Assembly: GCA_963826185.1 (NCBI GenBank)
Contig: CAWGVY010000002.1
Coordinates: forward strand, 18,705-82,704
Direction of reading: 5' to 3'
DNA from: an uncultured Actinomycetes bacterium
Lineage (GTDB): Bacteria > Actinomycetota > UBA4738 > HRBIN12
Length of the DNA stretch: 64,000 nucleotides
Position numbers and translations under genes: made by a program. Shown here one piece after another: positions 36,833 through 46,055 of this stretch. Each line of letters starts with the position of its first letter. Within the stretch, counting starts at the first letter, position 1. The notes beneath the pieces are model-generated. The model was not told the DNA's origin and made no database searches. It was given only the letters and a program-made list of their open reading frames with translations.

Positions 36833-37906
36833 TTACCGCCGCTTCGCGACCTCGAACTGGGCGGTCGTGGGAGCGGCGAGCGTCTGGTCGCCCGAATCCA
36901 ACGTGAAGTCGAACGATCCCATCGGGCCGGTGAGCGTCCAGGTCGTTCGCTTGCAGTGCGGTCCGGTCGCGACGACCTTCGCGCCCTTCGTGTACGTCAT
37001 CGTCCCACCCGGTTGCACGAAGGGTTGTCCGATGTCGCTCAGGATCTCCACCTGCGTAGGCGTCGCCGTGATCACCTCGGGATCGCCGAACGCGAACAGC
37101 AGGTGCGTGACGACCGCGACACCCACCTGCTCCTGCTCCTGGAGCACCAGCGCGTTCTCCTCCCTCGAAGAGAACGCGTCGATGATGTACCCGCCCATGC
37201 CGACCGGCTGCAGGCCGTCGAACGTGCGGCCCACGTCGCAGGTCGTGCCGAATGGGCACGGGTTGTCGGTGTACTTGTCACGCTCGATCGTCGCACGGAC
37301 GTGCGAGATGTTGACGTCCGAGGGCATCTGTGGATCGGAGTAGCCGGGGAAGAAGGTCATGGAGCCACGGAGCATGCCGCGACGCCGGCTGCGGGTCGTG
37401 AGGAGCGCGCCGGTCTTGGGACAACGGTCCTTCGATCGCGTGATCGGACCCAGACCTTCCAAGTCCATGAAGATGGCGCCGTAGCCGGGGATCAAGCCGG
37501 TGTCCAGCCCCACGTGACGCAACTGCGCGTCGAACTGCAGGGATCCCGCCGGCAGGTCGAACTCCCAGATGTGGACCTGCTCGGGGTGGGTTCCAGACGG
37601 GGCGGCGCGGTCCGCGATCACGCGCAGGTTCGGGTCCGAGGGGGGCGAGCCCGGTCCCGGACGGTACTGAGAGGCTTCAAGCGACCAGAAGTAGGGGGAC
37701 CCGTCCACCTTGAAGGGCGCCGTGGTGAGGGTGGTGTAGGAGGCTCCTCCCGCACGCCGATGCGGGGCTGACGGATGGATGAGCCGATCCATCCGCCGGG
37801 GCAGGTGGTGGGCCGCGGCGGCCGACGCTGCCTCGAACGAGGTCAGCATCAGGGCGCCCACGAGCACCAGGGCGGTCGATCGGATCCGGCGAGAAGCGGT
37901 CAGCAC
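36833..37906 (-). CDS. Secreted hypothetical protein (357 aa)
   Basis: GTG 37906 is preceded by GGAGGG. Signal-like VLTASRRIRSTALVLVGALMLTSFEAASAAAA. This is the C-terminal part of track ORF 36833..38845(-). No family recognised. Confidence 0.6.
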   Translation of the reverse strand: MLTASRRIRSTALVLVGALMLTSFEAASAAAAHHLPRRMDRLIHPSAPHRRAGGASYTTLTTAPFKVDGSPYFWSLEASQYRPGPGSPPSDPNLRVIADRAAPSGTHPEQVHIWEFDLPAGSLQFDAQLRHVGLDTGLIPGYGAIFMDLEGLGPITRSKDRCPKTGALLTTRSRRRGMLRGSMTFFPGYSDPQMPSDVNISHVRATIERDKYTDNPCPFGTTCDVGRTFDGLQPVGMGGYIIDAFSSREENALVLQEQEQVGVAVVTHLLFAFGDPEVITATPTQVEILSDIGQPFVQPGGTMTYTKGAKVVATGPHCKRTTWTLTGPMGSFDFTLDSGDQTLAAPTTAQFEVAKRR

Positions 37907-37974
37907 GAGGTCCCTCCACGTTCGACTCGACGATGAGGAAGGTATCGGCCGTGGGGGGGCGTTTCCACAACCCT

Positions 37975-38797
37975 CTAGCCCGTGAGGGGGCGATCGGGCG
38001 GCGAAGGAGGTGCGTCGGCGTCGTCGTACCAGCTGCCGCCGCCCAGCTCGCCCCCGTCCACGATCAGCGTTTGGGCGCTGATGAAACGAGCATCGTCGCT
38101 CGCGAGGAACAGCACCGCCATCGCCTGATCCCGGGGGGTCCCCGCGTGCCGCAACGGGATCCGGGAGAGATAGCGAGTGACCAGATCGCGTTCGCGGGGA
38201 TCGGCGGCCATCTCCGCTTCGGCCTCCGGGGTGATCGTCTCCCCCGGAGCGACGCAGTTCGCGCGGATCCCGTGGTGGCCCATCTCGTGGGCCACGGCCT
38301 TCGTTGAGCGCGACCAACGCCGCTTTCGACGCGTTGTAGATCGATTCGGGTGATTCGTTCTGGAAGGCGTTCGCGCTGGCGATGTTGACGATCGAGCCGG
38401 GGGAACCGCGCTCGATCAGGTGCCGGCAGACGTCCTGCATCAACAGCAGTGGGGCTCCCACGTTGACGGCGAAGCACGCGTCGAGATCTTCGGTCGTGAC
38501 GTCGAGCACCGGGCCGTCGGGCTGGGCGCCGGCGTTGTTGACCAGCACGTCGACCCCTCCTTGGGTCTCGATCGCGGCCGGGACGATCGTCCGCACCTGG
38601 GTCGGGTCCGCCAGGTCGGTGGCGTGGGTCCGCAGCCGACCAGCGTGGGGATGCGTGGCCGCCATGACCTCGAGCCCCTCCTCCAGGACGTCGGTGGCCA
38701 GCACGCTGGCGCCCTCATCCAGGAAGGCGTCCACGATCCCACGTCCGATCCCCCGGGCGCCTCCGGTCACGATCACGCGTCGTCCCTCGAACCTCAT
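37975..38797 (-). pseudogene. Short-chain dehydrogenase/reductase (SDR), one frameshift
   Basis: ATG 38797 gives MRFEGRRVIVTGGARGIGRGI...NNAG...YNASKAALVAL in the frame of ORF 36833..38845. It continues as TKAVAHEMGHHGIRANCVAPG...IVDGG in ORF 37975..38295. Shift at about 38303-38308. Confidence 0.8.
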
Positions 38798-38804
38798 CCT
38801 TCGT

Positions 38805-39933
38805 TCACCCCTCCTGGCCGGCTCGGACGACCCCGAGCGTGACATCCTGCAGCGCTTCGGGATCCAGCTCGACCCCGATTCCCGCGCCGTCCGGTGCGTC
38901 GATGCATCCGTCCTCTCCGGTCCGCAGGGTGCGCGTCACCCCGTATTCGAACGGTTCCGGCGGCACCGCCTGCTCGAAGAAGGACGTCCGTTCGAAGGCC
39001 AGCGCGGCGTGCAGGTTGGCGGCTTGGATCACGGTGTGGCCGTAGCTGGTGAGCTCGACCGGCAGGCCGGCTTCGGCCGCCACCTCCATCAGGGACGACG
39101 TGGGGGTCAGGCCACCCACGAACGACACGTCAAATCGGACGGCGTCCCAGGGGGGATCGCGGAGGATGTCGCGCAACAACCGCGGGTCCCAGACCGCGTC
39201 GCCGGCGGGAAGGATCGGTACGTCCTGCACGGCTCGGCCGAAGCGCTCGGTACCCGGGAAGATCGAAGTCGGGGAGGGGGGCCTCGAACCAGCGAGCCCC
39301 GATCTCCGCGCAGACCCGCGCCACGCCGAGGGCACCGTCGGCGTCGTAGCGGCCCTCAGCATCGTGCATCACCGTCAGGGAGCCGAACGCGGATCGGATC
39401 GCCCGCAGCAGGGCGGCGTCGCGATCGGGGTCGCCCCACGCGTGCACCTTGATCGCCCCGAACCCAGCCTGGACCTGATCCTCGATCGCGCTCAGGTAGT
39501 CCGTCTCAGCGTCGAAGGTGGGGATCGAGGCGTAGGAGGGCAGGGCGTCCGAGCGACCGGGGCCCAGGATCCGTCGCAACGGCTCGCCCGCGCGGCGGGC
39601 GGCCAGATCCCACAACGCGATGTCCACGGTGGACCGGACGGCGGGCGGGAACGGCGAGGTCCCATCCTCGCTGAGCATGGCCGCCACCCGGTTCCGGTCC
39701 TCGGCGTCGATCCCGATCAGCGGCGGGATCAGGGTCCTCAGGGTCTCCAGCGGCGCTCGATCCCAGTCCCCGTAGGTATCGGAGTCGTAGGCGCCGATGC
39801 CCGCGACACCGTCCTCATCGGTGATGCGCACGAGCGTCGTCGTCGTGAAGACCTCCGGTTGGAACGAGGTGTAGCGGAAGCGTTCCACGGGCGGCCCGAT
39901 CGCTCGTGCCTCCACGTCCCCGATCCTCGACAT
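38805..39933 (-). pseudogene. Enolase-superfamily enzyme (mandelate racemase/muconate lactonizing family), one frameshift
   Basis: N-terminus in ORF 39130..39933(-) (...GIGAYDS...IKVHAWGDP...MHDAEGRYD...WFEAPLP). C-terminus in ORF 38805..39362(-) (VPILPAGD...VRFDVSFVGGLT...). Shift at about 39234-39245. Confidence 0.75.
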
Positions 39934-39951
39934 CGCCCCTCCGGGTCATCG

Positions 39952-39969
39952 GTCAACAGTCGACAGTCG
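39952..39969. promoter_or_regulatory. Candidate GntR-type operator C: GTCAACAGTCGACAGTCG (reverse complement CGACTGTCGACTGTTGAC)
   Basis: Lies in the 53-nt divergent region between the enolase-SDR operon (start 39933) and the gntR gene (start 39987). Contains two ACTGTYGAC units on the minus strand. Confidence 0.5.
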
Positions 39970-39986
39970 CATGCTAGGCTACGCCG

Positions 39987-40673
39987 GTGACGGATGCGGC
40001 AACCTCCACGCCCCTGGCGCCGCTCGCGGCACCTCGATCGTTGGCCGAGGATGCAGCCGACCGCATCCGCGAGCAGATCCTGTCGGGGGGGTTCCATCAA
40101 GGCGAACACCTGGTGGAGGCCAAGCTCGCAGAGCAGTTGAACATCAGCCGTGGGCCCGTCCGAGAAGCCTTCAAACTCCTCCGCGCCGAGGGCCTCCTCA
40201 ACGAAGAGCCGCGCCGCGGCACGTTCGTGGTCAGCCTCACGGCGGACGACGTGCGTGAGATCTACGGGCTGCGCGCCGCGCTGGAGAGCCGCGCCGCGAG
40301 GCTGCTGGCCCGCGGTCGAGACCCGGGGGCGATCGCACGGCTCCGCGGGCTGGTGGACCAGATCGACGCCGCTGTGGCCACCGGCGACGCGGTGGCGGTC
40401 TCCAGAGCCGACCTCGCGTTCCATGAGGGCCTGTGCGAGCTCTGCGGGAACGCGCGGATCCTGGAGGTGTTCGACCGCTACGTCCCGATGCTCCGCGCCC
40501 TCCTCCGGCTGGACGAGCGGGTCCTGCGTTCGTTGGACGAGGTGTCGATGCAACATCGGCCGTTCGTCGAGGCGATCGAGGACGGCGACGAGGATCTTGC
40601 ATCCCGTCTGCTGGCCGAACACGCCGAGCACGCGGGCGAGCTGATCGCCGGCGTCGTGGCCACGAACGGATAG
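39987..40673 (+). CDS. GntR-family transcriptional regulator, FadR subfamily (FCD domain)
   Basis: ORF 39987..40673(+): wHTH LVEAKLAEQLNISRGPVREAFKLLRAEGLL plus a helical FCD effector domain (DLAFHEGL...HRPFVEAI). Confidence 0.85.
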   Translation: MTDAATSTPLAPLAAPRSLAEDAADRIREQILSGGFHQGEHLVEAKLAEQLNISRGPVREAFKLLRAEGLLNEEPRRGTFVVSLTADDVREIYGLRAALESRAARLLARGRDPGAIARLRGLVDQIDAAVATGDAVAVSRADLAFHEGLCELCGNARILEVFDRYVPMLRALLRLDERVLRSLDEVSMQHRPFVEAIEDGDEDLASRLLAEHAEHAGELIAGVVATNG

Positions 40674-40718
40674 CGCCGCCCACTCACGTTCCGCCCGCCG
40701 CCTGCCGATACGTTCAGG

Positions 40719-41597
40719 ATGATGACGCGAACCCGTTCGTTCCGGCTGTTGTCCGCCGTGCTCGTGTCCGCCTCGCTCCTGGCGGCCTGCGGCTCCGATG
40801 CACCCTCGCACGCGACCGGCGGGGTCGGGTCGGACGGGAGCGTCGACCCGGTGGCGATGATCCAGGCCGCTTCGGACAAGGTCCTGCAGGCCAAGGCCCT
40901 CCACATGACGTTCGGGATGGAGATCTCGGCGGCGGGTCAGACGATCTCGGGATCGGGAGAGGGCGACGTCTCGCTCGAGGGCCTGCAGCAGCACATGACC
41001 TTCCACTTCGACCGCATGGCAGGGCTGAGCGACGGGATGGACATGGAGTTGATCCTCGACGGCCACGTGATGTACATGCGGTCCTCGATGTTCTCCCAGC
41101 TCCCCGGCCTCGGTACCGACTGGGTCAGCATGGATCTGAACGACACCGTGCCGGGGTTCGAGCGCCTCGCGTCCTTCGGCACCGGCCAGAACGATCCCTC
41201 AGCGGCGTTCGGCTATCTACGCGGGGTCGAGGACGCCGAGGTGGTGGGCACCGAAGAGATCCACGGTGTGGAGACGACGCACTACCGAGGCACGCTGAGT
41301 CTCGAGGACGCGCTCGGCCAACTCCCCGAGGACATGCAAGCTGATTTCAGCCAGGTGATGGCCCAGTTCCGCCAGCAGTTCGGCACGGTCACGATGCCGT
41401 TCGACGTGTGGGTGGACGCGGACGGACAGCTGCGCCGCATGACCTACCGCATGGAGACCGACGGAGGTTCGATGGGGGCGGCCGGAGCGTTCTCGATGAC
41501 GATGACGATCGACATCACTCGCTACGCCGATCACCTGACGCTGGACCTCCCGGCCGCCGGCGACGTCACCGACGTCAAGGACCTGTCCTTCGGCTAG
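40719..41597 (+). CDS. Lipoprotein, LppX/LprG/LolA-like fold suspected
   Basis: ORF 40719..41597(+): lipobox LLAAC, and a repetitive beta-rich body with Met-rich segments. Confidence 0.55.
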   Translation: MMTRTRSFRLLSAVLVSASLLAACGSDAPSHATGGVGSDGSVDPVAMIQAASDKVLQAKALHMTFGMEISAAGQTISGSGEGDVSLEGLQQHMTFHFDRMAGLSDGMDMELILDGHVMYMRSSMFSQLPGLGTDWVSMDLNDTVPGFERLASFGTGQNDPSAAFGYLRGVEDAEVVGTEEIHGVETTHYRGTLSLEDALGQLPEDMQADFSQVMAQFRQQFGTVTMPFDVWVDADGQLRRMTYRMETDGGSMGAAGAFSMTMTIDITRYADHLTLDLPAAGDVTDVKDLSFG

Positions 41598-41613
41598 ACC
41601 TCAGCGGTGTCGC

Positions 41614-43008
41614 TCACGTGTTGGGGATGAAGACCTTCAGCAATTGACCTCCTTCGCCACGTGCCGAATCCGGTCGCAGACCGGGACCGGGCTGGCGGAC
41701 ATGGGTTCCATGAGACTCGACGTCGAGCAGCCACCATCCGCTGCCGAAGAACGCGCTGGCATCGATCACGCCCGAGGTCTCCCACACGCCCCTTCCGGCC
41801 AGATCGATCAGCCACTTGAACGGATCCACGCGCGCGGCCGCCGTGAGCGATCCGCTGCTGAGGTCGTAGACGAGCACACGCGCCCATCCCGATTCCGTGT
41901 TGTTGCGATCCTCCTGGATCACCAGGGCCTCGTCGCTGATGCCCAGGTTGTCCGGGTTCACCATGGCGTCGCCGGCGTCGCCATCTAGCACGACCTCGAG
42001 CGATGCCTTCCGCGGCTTCGTCGGGTCGACCGTGAGCCGGTAGATCCTGCCGTGGAGCGTCTCGCGTCCGTAGGAGCCGGTGTCGGAGAAGTACACGACG
42101 CCGGGGTCGTTCGGGTCCGCCGTGGCGTCTTCGATGCGCACGAAGGCGAAGGCGCCGACGTCGTCGCTGGCGGCGTTCAGGGCCGCCGGGCTCAGGGAAC
42201 CGGCGTGCGGGATCGTGACGAAATGGCCCTTCATGACGTCACCGAGCTGGATGTCGTCGGTGGAGGGATGTCCGTCGGTGTGACCGTTGGGCACCCAGGC
42301 GCGCAACGATCCGTCGCCGCGGATCAGGTCACCGAAGGTCTGGGAGAAGAAGGCGTACGCCTGCGACTTCCCGGCGTCGCCGTCCTCGGAGACGAACGTC
42401 ACGGCCCGTCGCAAGCCGTCAACGGGCACGACGTTCTCGTGGAACATGTGGCCGAGCCACGGCATCTCCCGGTGCTGACCGCTGATCGCGTTCATCCCCA
42501 CCGCCACCCCGTTGTGCGCCGACGTGGGGGATTCTTCGCCGGTGAAGTACCACGGGGTGCCCGTGTGCAGGGTGAACAGCGTGGACGAGCAGAAGGCCTC
42601 GTAGCCTTCGGAGCCGTCGATGGGATAGGTCGCGGCGTTGACCTCCCCGTTGTTGTCCAGCGTGAGGTGCGAGACGCGGGAGTTGGCCACGTCCCCGTCA
42701 CGCCGAGCGAGCTCGTGGTTCATGAAGAGCTCGATCGTGCTGGCGGAACTCCGGTACGCGCCGAGCCCGTCGGGCACGCCGGTCATCTGATACCCGAAGC
42801 GCTTCCCACCGATGATGTCGCCCGCCGACAGGAGCGGCTGGATCTGGACCCCCGCGGCGACACCCACGATGAAGGGACGGGTGGAGGTGACGAACCCTCG
42901 CGGGGCCACGCCATGGCCCGGCACGCGTGCCGACGCTGAGGGGAGCACCAGCCCCATCACGGCGGCCATGATGCCGACCACGCGTATCGTCCTTCTCGTA
43001 CCCCTCAT
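41614..43008 (-). CDS. Secreted DUF839/PhoX-like beta-propeller protein (second paralog)
   Basis: ATG 43008 within ORF 41614..43275(-): signal MRGTRRTIRVVGIMAAVMGLVLPSASA, then NHE and TPWYFTGEE motifs, with a VYFSDTG segment also read. Confidence 0.65.
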   Translation of the reverse strand: MRGTRRTIRVVGIMAAVMGLVLPSASARVPGHGVAPRGFVTSTRPFIVGVAAGVQIQPLLSAGDIIGGKRFGYQMTGVPDGLGAYRSSASTIELFMNHELARRDGDVANSRVSHLTLDNNGEVNAATYPIDGSEGYEAFCSSTLFTLHTGTPWYFTGEESPTSAHNGVAVGMNAISGQHREMPWLGHMFHENVVPVDGLRRAVTFVSEDGDAGKSQAYAFFSQTFGDLIRGDGSLRAWVPNGHTDGHPSTDDIQLGDVMKGHFVTIPHAGSLSPAALNAASDDVGAFAFVRIEDATADPNDPGVVYFSDTGSYGRETLHGRIYRLTVDPTKPRKASLEVVLDGDAGDAMVNPDNLGISDEALVIQEDRNNTESGWARVLVYDLSSGSLTAAARVDPFKWLIDLAGRGVWETSGVIDASAFFGSGWWLLDVESHGTHVRQPGPGLRPDSARGEGGQLLKVFIPNT

Positions 43009-43054
43009 CGAGAACCCCTTCCGCTCGAACGTGCTCGTGCGGGGGGTAGTGTCG

Positions 43055-43067
43055 GTCAACCGTTGAC
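43055..43067. promoter_or_regulatory. Inverted repeat GTCAAC-C-GTTGAC (candidate operator D), plus an extra GTCAAC at 43091-43096
   Basis: Lies in the divergent region between the DUF839-like gene (start 43008) and the potD-like gene (start 43133). ACCGTTGACA differs by one base from ACTGTTGACA at site A. Confidence 0.4.
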
Positions 43068-43132
43068 AATCTGCAAGTTCGACGGCTACGGTCAACTGGG
43101 CATCCGAGGGGCATGTCCGGCGGGGAGGATCG

Positions 43133-44256
43133 ATGAAGGCAAGGCGGTTCCTGATCGGTGCGGCGATGGCGACCGCCCTGGTCCTGGTGATGGCGGCCTG
43201 CAGCAACGAGGACGCGTCCTCCGGATCGAGCGCCGCCGGCACGAACCCCGCCGATCCCGCGTCGATCACCGGCAAGGTTCGCCTCTTCTCCTACTCAGAC
43301 GGCTTCGATCCCGAGTACATGTCGACCTTCTACGAGACCTATCCGAACATCGATCTGGAGACCGCCTCGTTCAACTCGAACGAAGTGGCCGTCGCCAAGA
43401 TCCAGGCGGGATTCCAGGCGGACGTGATCAACAGCTGCGTGGACGAGGCGACCCTGGAGATGGTGAACAAGGGGATGTACATGCCACTGGACACCTCGCG
43501 CCTGGAGAACTGGGATGCGATCTGGCCGGGCATGAAGATCCCTGCCCGGGGGTGCAGGTCGACGGCCAGGCGTACCTCGTGCCAGTGGATGCGGGCACCG
43601 CAGGGATCATGTACAACGCCGACGAGATCACCACGCCCCCCACGTCGTGGAAGGACCTGTTCGATCCACAGTACGAGGGGCGAGCGTCGCTGGAGGACCT
43701 GGCGATCACGGCGCTGGATGTCGGTGCCCTCGCCAACGGGATCGCGAACCCACTGGAGATGACCGACGAGCAGTTGGCACAGGTGACGCAGTACCTGAAG
43801 GATCACCGCGCATCAGTTCCGCACGTTCTACCAGGGGCAAGCCGACATCCGCGCGCAGTTCAAGTCCGGCGAGGTGATCATCTCTTCCGGCTACCCGGGC
43901 GACGCGAAGCAGATGCGAGAGGAGGACGGCGTGAACGTGCAGTTCGTGGCGGCTGAAGAGGGCCAGATGTTCTGGACGTGCGGGTACGGCATCAGTCCCG
44001 ACATCGATCCCGGAGAACCTGGACGCGGCCTACGCACTGCTGAACTGGTACACATCGCTGCCACCGCAGATCTACGCAGCCACCAACTGCAACTTCCTCG
44101 ACGTCGAACGAGGGGATCATCGACGCGGTCCCCAAGAAGGTCGTCCAGGAAGCCGCGCTGGATTCTCTCTACAGCCTGGACAACGCGATCCCCGCTAGCC
44201 CTCCAGACGACCGTGCGGCGTGGATCGCGGCGTGGACCGAGGTGAAGGCCTCCTAG
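43133..44256 (+). pseudogene. PotD-type (polyamine/amine) ABC substrate-binding lipoprotein, 4 frameshifts
   Basis: Lipobox VMAAC. Reading frames alternate between ORFs 43133.., 43063.., 43874.. and two unlisted frames. Segments read ...WPGMKI / PGVQVDGQAYLVPVDAGTAGIMYN...YLKDHR / QFRTFYQGQADIRAQFKSGEVIISSGYPGD...GISPDIDP / ENLDAAYALLNWYTSLPPQIYAATNCNFLDV / NEGIIDAVPKKVV...AAWTEVKAS. Shifts at about 43540, 43812, 44012 and 44106. Confidence 0.75.
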
Positions 44257-45173
44257 TGGCTCAGGCGGTCTCCGAGCGCGCCGGTCTGCCGGTCACGGAC
44301 CTGGCCGGGGCGGCCCGGTGGCGGCGTCGACGCGCCCTCAACGCCTGGGGCTGGCGCGCGTTCCTGGCGATCGTGATGTTGGCCCTGTTCGGCCCGCTCG
44401 TGATCCTGGTGCTGTTCTCGTTCAACGACGCCAGCGTGCTGGCGTTCCCACTGGAAGGGTTCACGCCCCATTGGTACGCGGACGCACTCGTCGGATGCCG
44501 ACGCTCCGCACGGCCATCGCGAACTCTTTCGCCGTCGCGTTGATCGTGGCGCCCTCTGAGCCTCGTGTTGGGGACCCTGGCGGCCTTCGGGCTCACGAGG
44601 TTCCGGTTCCGTGGACGGGGGCGGTCGGCGGACTGGTCGGCGCCCCGCTGGTCCTGCCGTGGCTCATCGTCGGCATCGCCGCGCTGATGGGCTACGCCAG
44701 GGCGAACATCGACCTCAGCCTCAGGACGGTGATCGCGACCCAGACGGTCTGCACGTTCCCGCTTGTGACCGCGATCGTGGCCGCGCAGCTCTTCCGCTTC
44801 CAGAAGGTGCAGGAGGAGGCCGCCATCGACCTGGGATGCACGCGCCTTGCAGGTACTGCGGCACATCATCCTGCCGCACATCTTCCCCGCTCTCGCGGCG
44901 GCGACGATCTTCGCGTTCACGTGGTCGTTCAACAACTACGAGATCAGCGCGTTCACGCTCGGGTTCCAACAGACGTTCCCTGTGTGGGTCTTCTCGTCGG
45001 TGCGCAACCCCGATCACACCGCCGTGGTGAACGCGATCTCGACCCTCATCTCGCTCGCACAGCTGCTGTTGATCTGGCTCGCGCTCCGTCTGCTCCGGTC
45101 GCGCTCGGGGGACGAAGGAGCGAAGAGCCTGATCGCCGGCACCGAGGCCGTGGCGGCGGGGGCGAAGACCTAG
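44256..45173 (+). pseudogene. PotC-type ABC permease, 4 frameshifts
   Basis: GTG 44256 (overlaps TAG 44254-44256). Segments read ...FSFNDASVLAFPLEGFTPHWYADAL / TLRTAIANSFAVALIVAP / LSLVLGTLAAFGLTRFRFRGRG / AVGGLVGAPLVLPWLIVG...EEAAIDLG / QVLRHIILPHIFPALAAAT... Shifts at about 44495, 44554, 44617-44621 (G5 run) and 44846. Confidence 0.75.
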
Positions 45174-46055
45174 ATGGCAGCGGTCGAAGACGTTCTCGAG
45201 ATCCCCCGCGGCGGCGGGAAGCCTCGTGGATCCGGACGCGGTGCGTTCGGGATCCTGTTCGCCCCCGTCACGCTGCTGATCCTGTTCTTCCTGTTGCCCT
45301 TCCTGATCATGGTGCAGATGAGCGTGGTGAAGTACCCGCCCAACCTGTCCAGCGGGTACACGCTCAGTCACTACGTCGAGGTCCTGACGAACGACCTCAA
45401 CCCCCACATCGCGTGGACCACGATCACGATCGCCACCACGGCCATGGCGATCATGCTCTTGATCGCGATCCCGCTCGCCCACTTCATGGTCTTCCGAGCG
45501 GGGAAGTGGGAGCTGTTCCTGCTGCTGTCGCTCGTGCTGGCCGACGAACTGGCTCCCGTGGTGAAGGTCTACGCTTGGCAGGTGATCCTGGGTCGCAACG
45601 GGATCGCCAACTGGCTGATCCCGGGACCGCCGGTCGAATGGCTCCTCTACAGCAGGTTCGCGGTGATCCTGACCCTGGCCACCACCTACATCACCTACAC
45701 GACGATCCCGATCTACGCCGCGATGAAGGCGATCGAGCCCTCGATGTTCGAGGCGGCGACCGATCTGGGCGCGGGATGGTGGCAGCAGTCGCGCAAGATC
45801 CTGATCCCGCTGGCGGCCCCCGGCATCTTCGTCGCCATGATCCTGGTGTACATCCCGATGCTCACGGACTTCGTGACGTCGGACATCGTGGGAGGAGCCG
45901 GTTCCTTCATGATGGGCCAACGCGTCCGCAACCTGATCCTGGAGCAGGGCGACTGGGGAGCGGGATCCGCGTTGAACTTCCTCCTCCTGGGGATGTCGGT
46001 CGTGCTGTCTCTCGTGGCCTACCGCCTCGCCAAGCTGAACAGGATCGACGCATGA
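45174..46055 (+). CDS. PotB-type ABC permease (intact)
   Basis: ORF 45174..46055(+): six TM segments and the EAA-type loop FEAATDLGAGWWQQSRKILIPLAAPG. Confidence 0.85.
   Translation: MAAVEDVLEIPRGGGKPRGSGRGAFGILFAPVTLLILFFLLPFLIMVQMSVVKYPPNLSSGYTLSHYVEVLTNDLNPHIAWTTITIATTAMAIMLLIAIPLAHFMVFRAGKWELFLLLSLVLADELAPVVKVYAWQVILGRNGIANWLIPGPPVEWLLYSRFAVILTLATTYITYTTIPIYAAMKAIEPSMFEAATDLGAGWWQQSRKILIPLAAPGIFVAMILVYIPMLTDFVTSDIVGGAGSFMMGQRVRNLILEQGDWGAGSALNFLLLGMSVVLSLVAYRLAKLNRIDA

Noticed and set aside
36833-38845. 670-aa ORF read as a single protein
   Set aside because: It is a composite. The SDR N-terminus runs to about codon 180, then out-of-frame read-through follows, then an independent secreted protein with its own RBS/GTG at 37906.
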